DNA of 38,386 nt from Patescibacteria group bacterium (GCA_018825365.1 JAHJEV010000003.1:68284-106669); one strand, 5' to 3'. Positions 17,699 to 26,467 are shown, numbered from the stretch's first letter. Numbers and translations are program-made. The notes: generated from the sequence alone by a model not told the origin.

Positions 17699-18187
17699 TT
17701 ACTCCAATTCTTGTGTATCTAAGTATTCTTTATACTGCTCCTCAAGCATCTTGTTGTGTCTGACAATATCTTCGTGCTTTGCTTTAAGTTCTTTTGAGAT
17801 GGGTTTCTTGTTTCTTTTGTAGTGATCGTAAATTGCATCAGACAGTGCTTCCGTTGCCAAAACTGAGCAATGAACCTTTATCGGCGGAAGTCCAGATAAA
17901 GACTGCATAATATCTGTGTTATTAACTTTTAAAGCATCTGAAAGCGGCTTTCCCTTTACAAGTTCTGTTATTACTGATGAGGTTGCAATTGCCGCAACGC
18001 ACCCGAATGTTTGGAATTTTATGTCTTTGATTATATCCTCACCCTGTTTGTTTTTCGCAACTTTGATATACATGTACATCATGTCACCGCAGGCCATATT
18101 TCCAACCTTCCCTACTCCATCGGGGTTTGCTATTTTTCCCATATTTGCGGGATTATGAAAGTGTTTCATTACCTTTTCCGTATACAT
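17699..18187 (-). CDS. iscU: Fe-S cluster scaffold IscU/NifU-N
   Basis: YTEKVMKHF.NP.NMG, GNMACGD, FQTFGCVAAIA, LPPIKVHCS. Confidence 0.95.
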   Translation of the reverse strand: MYTEKVMKHFHNPANMGKIANPDGVGKVGNMACGDMMYMYIKVAKNKQGEDIIKDIKFQTFGCVAAIATSSVITELVKGKPLSDALKVNNTDIMQSLSGLPPIKVHCSVLATEALSDAIYDHYKRNKKPISKELKAKHEDIVRHNKMLEEQYKEYLDTQELE

Positions 18188-19372
18188 TTAGCAGTTCCTT
18201 GTATTTAAGGGCGACATCACCCTTAATTTTGTGACTGATTTTTCTAAAGTCGTGAGGAAGTACTTTACATCTTTTTCACTTGTAAATCTTCCGATTGTTA
18301 TTCTTATTGTTCCGTGGGCATCTCCTTTTGAAATTCCAAGAGCGGTCAAAACATGTGAAGCCTCAAGTTTTGGAGATGAGCACGCCGATGATGTTGAAAC
18401 CGCAATGCCATGTGAATCAAGATCCATAAGCAGCGACTCTCCTTCAATAAAATCAAATCTTACATTTACGTTATTGCAAAGCCTTGGCTTTCCTAAAGCG
18501 GGTCCATTTAAGTGAGAGTTTGGAATTTTCTCTTTAATATATTTGGTTATTTTGTCCCTTAGTTTTGATTGTTTTTTCCACTCTTTTTTCATTTCTTTGA
18601 CGCAGATTTCAGTTGCCTTTCTAAATCCCACGATTCCGGGAACGTTTAATGTTGAAGATCTTTTGTCTGACTCCTGTCCCCCTCCGTGAAGAAGAGCCTC
18701 TATTTGAGTTCCCCCTCTAATGTACAAAATAGCCGTTCCTTTTGGCCCGTAAATTTTGTGTGAGGAGGCCGTTAAAAGATCCACATTCATTTCGTTAACA
18801 TTTAAAGGCATTTTTCCATAGCTTTGAACTGCGTCGGTGTGAAAAGTTACATTTTTATCATCGCAAATCTTGCCGATCTCTTTTATCGGCTCGATCGTTC
18901 CCATTTCATTGTTTGAGTGCATTATGGAAACAAGAAGAGTTTTATCATCAACTAATTCTTTAAGTTTTTCTACATCAACAATCCCCTCTTTATCAACGGG
19001 AGTTTCAACTATCTCAAACCCCATCTTTTTGAGATATTTGGCAGTATTTAAAACGCAGTGATGTTCAATTGGGGATATTATTATTTTCTTTTTATCCCCT
19101 TTTGCCGTTGCCGCAATACCCTTTAGTGCCCAGTTATTGCTTTCTGTTGCTGACGATGTGAAAAATATCTCGCTTGGGGTGGCTCCGAGGTAATTTGCGA
19201 TTATCTTTCTACTGCTTTCTACCGCCTCACTGGCGTCCATCCCCGGTGTATGAATTGACGATGGGTTTGCGAAATTATCCGAGAAATAAGGCTTCATAGC
19301 CTTAAGAACCCTCTTATCAACGGGGGTTGTTGCTGCATAGTCGAAATAGTATCTTTTTTGTTCCTTTTTCAT
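18188..19372 (-). CDS. iscS: Cysteine desulfurase IscS/NifS
   Basis: YFDYAATTP, NPSSIH, HTDAVQ, SSHKIYGPKG, SSACSS. Confidence 0.96.
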   Translation of the reverse strand: MKKEQKRYYFDYAATTPVDKRVLKAMKPYFSDNFANPSSIHTPGMDASEAVESSRKIIANYLGATPSEIFFTSSATESNNWALKGIAATAKGDKKKIIISPIEHHCVLNTAKYLKKMGFEIVETPVDKEGIVDVEKLKELVDDKTLLVSIMHSNNEMGTIEPIKEIGKICDDKNVTFHTDAVQSYGKMPLNVNEMNVDLLTASSHKIYGPKGTAILYIRGGTQIEALLHGGGQESDKRSSTLNVPGIVGFRKATEICVKEMKKEWKKQSKLRDKITKYIKEKIPNSHLNGPALGKPRLCNNVNVRFDFIEGESLLMDLDSHGIAVSTSSACSSPKLEASHVLTALGISKGDAHGTIRITIGRFTSEKDVKYFLTTLEKSVTKLRVMSPLNTRNC

Positions 19373-19516
19373 CTTGTCTTAAAACAGTTTACGGTATTTA
19401 TACCGAATTATTCTAACATTTTAAGCTAGTTGACGCTTGTGAAACCTCAGTTTGATTTGTCTTGGGACTTATAGTGTAGTACAATGTTTGCAATTCAACC
19501 AAAAAGGAGAGAAAAA

Positions 19517-20353
19517 ATGATCGGGTATTTGTTGGGACTTGTTCCCTACGCTCTGGGTATTGCTGTGGGAGTTCTTCTGCCCGCGGTAATCATTGCAAGA
19601 CAGGAGATCTCAATTGAAGGTCCGTTTGGGTGGAGTGCGCTAACATTCACCCGCAGATTTCCCACCAACCACTGGTTTAGCAAACTTTACCGGTTTTACA
19701 CTGGTAAGGATAAGTGGGCGACAGAGTACCATCTAACATCCAACGCAATTTGGCTGTTTATGTACTTCCTGTCGTTTCTTTACATCCCCTACTATTCCAG
19801 GTTGGCAGGTTTTTCAAGCAGCTCCGCGCTTCTTGGAACCTTTGTATTGGCAATAGCCTCATTTGTTGAGCTTGGGTGGGTGGAGGATTACATCTGGTTT
19901 CTTATTCACCCGTATTATGGGCCCGAGCGGCACAATTCAGAATACGTGCCTTGGTTTACCAATTACAAAGGTGGCATTCCGGTAGGTTATTGGGCTGGTA
20001 TGATAGCAACGATATTGCTAACTGCAGTAGCGGCATTTTTCCTTGGGAAGCCAGAGATTTTTATAATCTGGCTAATGGTTACGGCGCTTGTGATTGTGGT
20101 TTGTTTTGGGATTATAAAACCATGGTCAAAAAAGATGCATCGTGAACCGCTAGGGAAATATTGGTGGAAAGGGATAAAATACGTGGTTATCCAAAGATGC
20201 CCCTACCCCATAGAGTCAGACAGGCCCTTTACCAGTGTCAGTGCGCATGTTATTAGCTGTGGGACCCTGAATAGGTTAATGTTGCATAACAAACTCAAAC
20301 CTTTAAATAAGGCTTTGAGAGAATCTTCTGACGATCGAAATGTACTAACCTAA
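19517..20353 (+). CDS. Orphan multi-TM membrane protein
   Basis: ATG 19517 follows SD AAAAAGGAGAG; about 5 hydrophobic helices; YH and EDYIWF polar motifs. Confidence 0.78.
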   Translation: MIGYLLGLVPYALGIAVGVLLPAVIIARQEISIEGPFGWSALTFTRRFPTNHWFSKLYRFYTGKDKWATEYHLTSNAIWLFMYFLSFLYIPYYSRLAGFSSSSALLGTFVLAIASFVELGWVEDYIWFLIHPYYGPERHNSEYVPWFTNYKGGIPVGYWAGMIATILLTAVAAFFLGKPEIFIIWLMVTALVIVVCFGIIKPWSKKMHREPLGKYWWKGIKYVVIQRCPYPIESDRPFTSVSAHVISCGTLNRLMLHNKLKPLNKALRESSDDRNVLT

Positions 20354-20375
20354 ATTTTCGCTGTCTTAAACCGAA

Positions 20376-20415
20376 GCTGACTTGCGTTGAAAAATACAAG
20401 TCAGCCTATTTTTTT
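20376..20415 (+). terminator. Intrinsic terminator
   Basis: GCTGACTTG/CAAGTCAGC stem followed by a T-run. Confidence 0.8.
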
Positions 20416-20481
20416 ATCTACTTAGTCCATTGCTCTGACCGAGTTTTTCCCGGATTAAATACCTCACATAACTTATAGTAC

Positions 20482-20575
20482 TTGACACATTGGCCCTTTG
20501 TTGTTATAATAACGATATCTAGGGCGTATTGCCCTGTAGCCTGTGGCTTATTGCCACGTTCAAAAGGAGAAAGAA
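20482..20575 (+). promoter_or_regulatory. Consensus sigma70 promoter and structured 5' leader
   Basis: TTGACA-17 nt-TATAAT; twin hairpins AGGGC-GTATT-GCCCT and GTGGC-TTATT-GCCAC; SD AAAAGGAG. Confidence 0.75.
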
Positions 20576-21157
20576 ATGATTGAGGTAAGGAAAGACATCA
20601 GTTTGTTTTGGCAGTTTGTACTGCTAGCCATCGTAGCCGAACTCTTTGGGTTTGGTTGTCGGTGGTTGTTCGGGGTGTTGGGCGGTTTTCTGAGTAGCCC
20701 AATGTGGCACGGATGGCTCGGCATCTTGTTGTACTGCGTTGTTTGGATATACGCTGCAATAGCATGGGTCGTTTGCTGGATTTGCAGTTATGCGTGTATC
20801 TATGGGGGTGTGCTTATCGCGCTTCTTCCTGTATTACAGGGTGCTAGTGAGCGACGTAGATCTAAGAAGGAAACCTTCAAGGTAATAGTCCAATTTCAAA
20901 CAAGGAAATTAATAAGGACATTTGAAGGGAGCCGGGGATTTGGCACTCAAGAGTTGAAAGGTTTCTTGAATGCTATTCACGCTGCTAATTTGGCCAATGT
21001 CCGAAACAAGGATATTGAAAGTTGGGTGACAGAATGTTTTGCGAAAAACCCCCAACTCATGACAATGTTCGGACTAGCTAACCTTAGTATAGAATACAGC
21101 AGGACTGGGAGGCTTCCGAAGTTTCTAATAAACCAAGTTCCTTGCCCGACGCATTAG
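20576..21157 (+). CDS. Orphan membrane protein
   Basis: ATG 20576 after SD; Trp/Cys-rich hydrophobic N-half and soluble C-half. Confidence 0.7.
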   Translation: MIEVRKDISLFWQFVLLAIVAELFGFGCRWLFGVLGGFLSSPMWHGWLGILLYCVVWIYAAIAWVVCWICSYACIYGGVLIALLPVLQGASERRRSKKETFKVIVQFQTRKLIRTFEGSRGFGTQELKGFLNAIHAANLANVRNKDIESWVTECFAKNPQLMTMFGLANLSIEYSRTGRLPKFLINQVPCPTH

Positions 21158-21169
21158 TAAGTAGTAGCG

Positions 21170-21208
21170 AGGCCCTCATTTGTGAAAGTTATGCAAATGG
21201 GGGCTTTT
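21170..21208 (+). terminator. Intrinsic terminator
   Basis: GGCCCTCATTTG...CAAATGGGGGCT stem followed by TTT, between convergent genes. Confidence 0.75.
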
Positions 21209-21219
21209 AATTGGTTAGT

Positions 21220-21435
21220 TTATTCGATAGGTTGCGTTCCTGATGGAACAAACCCACCTGGGAAAGACCCAGATCTTCTCATACCGTTTGCCGGTCTTCC
21301 CTGTAAGTTTCCTCTCATTCTTTGAAAGTTTCGTGCGGTATTCATTCTTTCGAAATATCTTCCGCTATAAAACCCTAACACTAAGGAAACAGCTGCAGCA
21401 CCTATAATTGAGATTATGAATGTTTTTTTATCCAT
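21220..21435 (-). CDS. Small single-TM protein, last gene of a decayed efflux operon
   Basis: SD AAGGAGG; TM helix followed by an R/G/N/M-rich tail. Confidence 0.7.
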   Translation of the reverse strand: MDKKTFIISIIGAAAVSLVLGFYSGRYFERMNTARNFQRMRGNLQGRPANGMRRSGSFPGGFVPSGTQPIE

Positions 21436-21459
21436 AAATCCTCCTTTTAAATTTAATAA

Positions 21460-21752
21460 TTATTCATACCTCAGAGCCTCGATTGGTTGAAGTTTTGAAG
21501 CTTTTTGGGCAGGATACCACCCAAAAACTATTCCGATTATCGAAGAAACTACTACCGCAGGTCCGATTGAGCTTACAGCCAATACACTTGGAAGTTTCAT
21601 TATATGTGTAAGTATAAGTGAGGCTCCGACACCAATTACCACGCCCACTACCCCTCCGGTTACCGTTAGGATTATTGATTCTACTAAAAACTGAGTAATG
21701 ATCGATTTTCTTTTTGCACCAAGTGCTTTTCTAAGTCCAATCTCGCTTGTTC
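21460..21752 (-). pseudogene. C-terminal fragment of a MacB/FtsX ABC permease
   Basis: TSEIGLRKALGAKRKSIITQFLVES...GWYPAQKASKLQPIEALRYE; the N-terminal part is missing. Confidence 0.9.
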
Positions 21753-21812
21753 CAAACCTCCTTTAATAGCATTTGCGATTTTGTGTTCATCCTCAACGAT
21801 TAGTATTTTCAT
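21746..21812 (-). pseudogene. N-terminal fragment (22 codons) of an OmpR-family response regulator
   Basis: MKILIVEDEHKIANAIKGGLEQ, then reads out of frame into the permease remnant and stops at 21684. Confidence 0.85.
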
Positions 21813-21879
21813 TAAGGCATATTATATTCTGAATGCTGAAAAATTTCTGAAAAGTAATCGTGTGTGTTATTCGGTCTAT

Positions 21880-22305
21880 TTATTTTGCGAAGGTTGTGTT
21901 TAATTCTATTTTTGAAATACGTTTTTCGTGGTTATCTAGTTTATTCTTAAGAGAGACCTTTTCCTGTCTGTACGATAAAACTTCGCCCATCATCTTATCT
22001 ACGCTGTTATAAAGTTTAGGAAGTAGCTTTATTGTTTCACCTATATCTCCTAACTTGGATTGAATTTTTATATCATTTATTTGCAGATTTGATATTCTGT
22101 TGTCCATACTATCCAGTCGCTTGTCTACCCCATCTAATCTGTTGTCCATACTACTTAGCCGCTCATCTACACCGTCTAGTCTATTAGTCAATCTTTTGTC
22201 CATGTTAACTAATTTTCCATCTAGATTAGCAAGTCTTTTGTTTATTGGTTCTAAATCATTTTTCATAGCTAGTTGTAAATTATCATTGTGGAACTTACAT
22301 TTCAA
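21880..22305 (-). CDS. Heptad-repeat coiled-coil protein
   Basis: RLDGVDERLSSMDN repeats; C-terminal LDNHEKRISKIE. Start uncertain. Confidence 0.7.
   Translation of the reverse strand: MKCKFHNDNLQLAMKNDLEPINKRLANLDGKLVNMDKRLTNRLDGVDERLSSMDNRLDGVDKRLDSMDNRISNLQINDIKIQSKLGDIGETIKLLPKLYNSVDKMMGEVLSYRQEKVSLKNKLDNHEKRISKIELNTTFAK
22097..22180. repeat. 42-bp intragenic tandem repeat (2 copies)
   Basis: CTGTTGTCCATACTA at 22097 and 22139; encodes the 14-aa double heptad. Confidence 0.8.
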
Positions 22306-22440
22306 TATGAATAAATATGAAAATAGACAATTGATATTTTATGATCGTCTACAGCATTGGATGTTGGCAACTTCTTACGTGTAAAAACCTTGATAATATT
22401 TCGTCTTGCACATATAAGCATGTGCATGGAGAAATAGTAT

Positions 22441-22635
22441 ATGGAAAATCGCTCAAAAGTAGACAAATTAACAATGCCTTACTATGTACGCCAAAATCTA
22501 GAACTGATCTTAAGTTCTAATAGATGTACCTTGGACTATAGAATATCCAGATTAATAGCAGACGGCACCCTGGAAAAAATAAAACCCGTATTTTATCTTC
22601 AAAGGCAACCAGGAATTAGTAAATATGTCTTTTGA
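22441..22635 (+). pseudogene. Truncated AbiEi-like wHTH fragment
   Basis: RQNLELIL...TLDYRISRLIADGTLEKIKPVFYL resembles the AbiEi N-terminal wHTH; the ORF ends soon after. Confidence 0.5.
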
Positions 22636-22705
22636 AGCTATCGAACTACCCGAATACGCTGATGTTACGGTAAGTAGTGGTGACTTTGAATATTGGTTTT
22701 TAAAA

Positions 22706-22782
22706 TGGTCGGGGTGGCGCGACTCGAACGCGCGACCTCACGGTCCCAAACCGTGCGCTCTAGCCAACTGAGCTACACCCCG
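22706..22782 (-). tRNA. tRNA-Pro(TGG)
   Basis: CGGGGTG acceptor, CACGG-TT-TGG-GA-CCGTG anticodon arm, GTTCGAGTC, ACCA. Confidence 0.97.
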
Positions 22783-22828
22783 AGGAAGTTTCGTAATTCT
22801 ACCCTAAAAACCTATGCTTCTCCACATC

Positions 22829-23515
22829 TCAAAGGTTTTGGATCCATCCGCTTAGATTTAGATCAAACGTTTTGCTTTTGTATATATACCTTTTGTTATG
22901 CATCAAATCCACCATGTGAAGCTTTATAGCGTACGTACAAACTGAGGTAATTGGGCACACTGGAATGGTTTCATCCTTTTTGCTAATATCTCTGGACCAT
23001 TCTGTGATTACAAAAACATCATTGTCCAGCCAATAGGCTCTGTCAAAGTAGCAGTTTCCTCTTTCGGAGCAATCAAGAATTCTCGCATCCAGGATTTTAT
23101 CTTCTTTTAAGCCGTATAGATGTACCTGATTTGGAAAGTAGCCATCCTTATAAGTATTTCTATAGTCCAAATACATAGTTCCGCTTGGTGCGAAAACAAC
23201 CTTTAAAATATCTTTGTGGTCTAGCAAATTTTGATCAAATGCTGCTTTAACTTGGGGATCGTCAATGGACGTGATTTTTATCCACTGGCTGTTGTAAACC
23301 TCATTTTCTTCAACAAGACTAAAATCTTCCGGTGTGATCTGAAGGCCCTTGTTTCTGATGTTGGTGTTCCATCTTTGAAAATCTCTTTCGTTTTCAACTT
23401 TTAAGGGAATCTTTGTTTGGTCAATAGCTTTCTTTTTGACTTCGTTTTGGTAAACCCCAAGTGCTACCGAACAAAATATAACTGCGATAAGAAAAACGTT
23501 AACGAATTTTTTCAT
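22829..23515 (-). CDS. Membrane-anchored exported hypothetical protein
   Basis: ATG 23515 (TATCAT 6 nt upstream); N-terminal TM; two Cys pairs. Confidence 0.75.
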   Translation of the reverse strand: MKKFVNVFLIAVIFCSVALGVYQNEVKKKAIDQTKIPLKVENERDFQRWNTNIRNKGLQITPEDFSLVEENEVYNSQWIKITSIDDPQVKAAFDQNLLDHKDILKVVFAPSGTMYLDYRNTYKDGYFPNQVHLYGLKEDKILDARILDCSERGNCYFDRAYWLDNDVFVITEWSRDISKKDETIPVCPITSVCTYAIKLHMVDLMHNKRYIYKSKTFDLNLSGWIQNL

Positions 23516-23603
23516 AGATGTATGATACCGCGATTTTACCATCAACTGTTATAGGAAAGTGAGTTAGTTGGTGGTCGTGAGAAGGTAAAGTTTGTAGAAA
23601 AAT

Positions 23604-23650
23604 AAAAACCGTAGAATTTCACTCGCTTTCGCAAAGTGTCTACGGTTTTA
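23604..23650 (-). terminator. Intrinsic terminator
   Basis: AAAACCGTAGA/TCTACGGTTTT inverted repeat just after the 91-aa gene. Confidence 0.8.
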
Positions 23651-23659
23651 TGCTTGAAC

Positions 23660-23935
23660 TTAGCTACCTTCAAGCCAGGTATGTACTCGTTGTGTGCGGT
23701 GGACGGTGAAGGTTTCTATTAAAGCCCTATCCCGAAGGAAAACGATGAACGCCGATTGATCAGCAAGACTTTTATCTGAAAGACACACATCGGTATCACG
23801 TCCATCCGCACTAATGTTAAATAAGCTGCGGTTTGTACTTTCTGCATCCTGGTAAGCCCACCAAGCTGCAATAGCTTTGCAGGCATCACCAAAATCTGGA
23901 AAGTGAAGGTACTTTTTAGGCAATTTGTTAGCCAT
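23660..23935 (-). CDS. Orphan small protein
   Basis: 91 aa; SD AAAAAAGGAG; upstream TTGACA-17 nt-TATACA; own terminator. Confidence 0.7.
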   Translation of the reverse strand: MANKLPKKYLHFPDFGDACKAIAAWWAYQDAESTNRSLFNISADGRDTDVCLSDKSLADQSAFIVFLRDRALIETFTVHRTQRVHTWLEGS

Positions 23936-24138
23936 TCTCTACTCCTTTTTTAGATATGGGCACCTGATTTTTGGTGCGGGACTAATGATTATTACGTCCA
24001 TGTATACTATTCATTTGTTGATTTGTCAATTTAGATCAACACTCTATTAATGGTTGTTCTTGTGGATAGTATGAAGTTAAACATTAAACACTCTACGTCT
24101 CACTTAAGCTGTAATATAATAGGTGAATACTTAAGGTT

Positions 24139-25716
24139 ATGAAAAATCTAAAAACAAAATTTCCTATGATTGAGATTGCCGCACTTTTATTGTTGATTGC
24201 GTTTTTCCCACTTATTGCAAAAGTAAATTTTATGCAAAATGATGATTGGAACAGGACCACCAGTGTTGCTCGTTTCCTAAATGGAGATTTTAAACTTTTG
24301 GACGTCACCGCAACAACTTTTTATACGCAGGGAGTACTTGGTTTGTTTTTTGCTTTGATTTTCGGATTAAAGAAACTCCCCCTTTTGACTCTAATTGTTT
24401 CGGTTTTGGATTTTTATGTTTTTGCAAGAATTCTTTTTGATCATTTTAATCTCTCAAGATTCAAGTCTTCCTTAGTTTCTTTAGTTTTGTTTTTTACGCC
24501 TCTTCATATGTATTCTGCGATCGGGTTTATGACCGAGAACTACGTTATGCTCTTCATGCTTTTGTCTTTATACTTTTTCCTTTCATATGAAAAGAAACCG
24601 AAATGGTCACAATTTATATTGTTTAACATCTCAGGATTTTTGGCCTTCTTTGCAAAGCAAAGCGGACTTTTGATAAATGCAGCCGCATTTTTATACTTTT
24701 TGCTTAAGAAAAAATACAAAGAAGCCTTGATCCAACTTGGTTTTTTGGTCGTATTGCTTGGTTACTACTCTTTCTTCTTTCCAAAGACTGATGAAATGGG
24801 CGACAAGGGGTTTATAAGAGGAATTAGAATAAGTCATCTGCTTGATGTTGGTTACGCTTATTCAATAGTGTATGGGATGTTACTTGTTGCCGCCTCTTTT
24901 GCGCTTCCGATTGTTATTTATTTTGTGGTTTCTACATTTTTTAATGTTAGAAAATCGAAATTGACCATAGCGGGACTTTTAATATCTGCTATTTGTTTGT
25001 TTTTTCTTTTAAACAAAATTTACGATCCGGGAAAAATATCGTGGGCCGAGTATCCATATTTTGAAAACACTTTCGAAAGAACGGGATTTTTTCCGAGATC
25101 TGTTCTTGGAACCAAATATCAATTTAGAGGTAATTACAAACTATTTACCTATTGGGATTTGACGTCTAAAGTTTTTTTGGCTTTAGCAATTCCTTGTCTT
25201 TATGTTTACGGGAGAAAAATTATAAACATCTACTCAATATCTATAGCCGGTTACTGCGTGCTGATGATTTTTGTGAAAGTCTTTTTTGACAGATACACTC
25301 TTCCGGTAATTCCCCTTTTTATCTTGTTTTTGCTTTGTTTAAGAGTTCCAGATACGAAGCCTCTTTTAACCGAGAAGTTTTTTCCATTTGTTGTTGGATC
25401 TTTTGTTTTAGTTATGGCATTTGTTTCAACCCAACTTGCAATAGATTTTGTTTTATCAAACAACTACATTTGGGGTAAAAGTGAGCAGCTTGTAAGCACT
25501 GGTGTCAAACCGGAAAAGATAAGAGCAACAACATCTTGGGGAAAGCTTTATGGTCTTTGTTGGCAAGGAGGGTGCAGATATCTTTTCTCTTACGACACGC
25601 TTGAGAAAAACCCTTCTTTAAAAGTTGATTATGTTTTGGATGATGAAAAAGATTTAAGTTTTCCAGGAAGTATTTTTATAAAACCGAAAGTTTATCTATA
25701 TAAAAGGGTGCTTTAA
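24139..25716 (+). CDS. GT-C fold glycosyltransferase (PMT/ArnT, GT39-like)
   Basis: NDDW after the first TM, FMTE, AKQ and DRYTLP motifs; polytopic membrane protein. Confidence 0.8.
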   Translation: MKNLKTKFPMIEIAALLLLIAFFPLIAKVNFMQNDDWNRTTSVARFLNGDFKLLDVTATTFYTQGVLGLFFALIFGLKKLPLLTLIVSVLDFYVFARILFDHFNLSRFKSSLVSLVLFFTPLHMYSAIGFMTENYVMLFMLLSLYFFLSYEKKPKWSQFILFNISGFLAFFAKQSGLLINAAAFLYFLLKKKYKEALIQLGFLVVLLGYYSFFFPKTDEMGDKGFIRGIRISHLLDVGYAYSIVYGMLLVAASFALPIVIYFVVSTFFNVRKSKLTIAGLLISAICLFFLLNKIYDPGKISWAEYPYFENTFERTGFFPRSVLGTKYQFRGNYKLFTYWDLTSKVFLALAIPCLYVYGRKIINIYSISIAGYCVLMIFVKVFFDRYTLPVIPLFILFLLCLRVPDTKPLLTEKFFPFVVGSFVLVMAFVSTQLAIDFVLSNNYIWGKSEQLVSTGVKPEKIRATTSWGKLYGLCWQGGCRYLFSYDTLEKNPSLKVDYVLDDEKDLSFPGSIFIKPKVYLYKRVL

Positions 25717-25718
25717 TA

Positions 25719-25751
25719 TCCGTGGTTTGTGAGGTTAGGAAGTGTTTTGTA
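25719..25751 (+). repeat. Direct repeat (second family), left copy
   Basis: TCCGTGGTTTGTGAGGTTAGGAAGTGTTTTGTA matches 26432-26467 with one 3-nt gap. Confidence 0.7.
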
Positions 25752-25754
25752 TGG

Positions 25755-25806
25755 AAAGAAGTGGGTAACTCAAGTAGCAGTTAGCTAGCTAAAGTTACCC
25801 TCTTTT
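25755..25806 (-). terminator. Intrinsic terminator-like hairpin
   Basis: GGGTAACT/AGTTACCC stem with purine-rich and T-rich flanks, between convergent genes. Confidence 0.6.
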
Positions 25807-25824
25807 GGTTAGGACAGCGAGAAA

Positions 25825-26286
25825 TTATGGACAGCGGCCCGTACGGAACAGCTCCAGTGAAGGTTTTCCCTCCTCCACATAAGAGTCATAGAGATAAAGG
25901 AGTGAAAAGGCTCGCTTTGAGAACTTTTTTTCCATTTTGGCCAAACCGCCCTTCTTTAGTCGGTGGAACTCTTCGTTTGTAAGGATAATTGTGAAGAGTG
26001 TGTTGACTGCGGCGGCAATGTTGATAAGTTCAATCAGAGGTTTCCAGTTCCCTTTAAACTCCCGTTGAAACGTATCGTCTGCCGAAATTACCACCCGAGC
26101 GGTAAGAGCCCCCTCTTTCGAGGCTGCGTTTTCTTCCACCTCAGGAAAGTACCCTTTAGGCACAGTCACGGTGACCAGGCTTCCAGCTGGTAGTTTAACG
26201 GGTTTGCCATTTCGAAGTTCGCTCTCGTCCACGTCAAGTGCGTAGATATTCCCTCTCCAGGGATACTGAAAGTAGGTAACTTCCAT
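25825..26286 (-). CDS. Orphan soluble protein
   Basis: ATG 26286 after SD AAAAAGGAGAG; upstream TTGACT-17 nt-TACAAT. Confidence 0.72.
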   Translation of the reverse strand: MEVTYFQYPWRGNIYALDVDESELRNGKPVKLPAGSLVTVTVPKGYFPEVEENAASKEGALTARVVISADDTFQREFKGNWKPLIELINIAAAVNTLFTIILTNEEFHRLKKGGLAKMEKKFSKRAFSLLYLYDSYVEEGKPSLELFRTGRCP

Positions 26287-26431
26287 TGTTCTCTCCTTTT
26301 TGTCTGATTTTGAATTTCTCGTGGTGATTGTATTGTAGATAGTGGTTAAAGTCAAGTACTACAGGGTAATAATATGGCTACGAAATATTGGTTCAACGGG
26401 TTGTTGATTAACCTTGTCAATGCTTTGGCTC

Positions 26432-26467
26432 TCCGTAGTTTGTGATGAGGTTCGAAAGTGTTTTATA
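26432..26467 (+). repeat. Direct repeat (second family), right copy
   Basis: TCCGTAGTTTGTGATGAGGTTCGAAAGTGTTTTATA. Confidence 0.7.

Noticed and set aside
21684-21812. Programmed frameshift producing a regulator-permease fusion
   Set aside because: Both parts are small fragments lacking essential domains; a deletion scar is simpler.
22693-22929. 78-aa ORF over tRNA-Pro
   Set aside because: Antisense translation of the tRNA.
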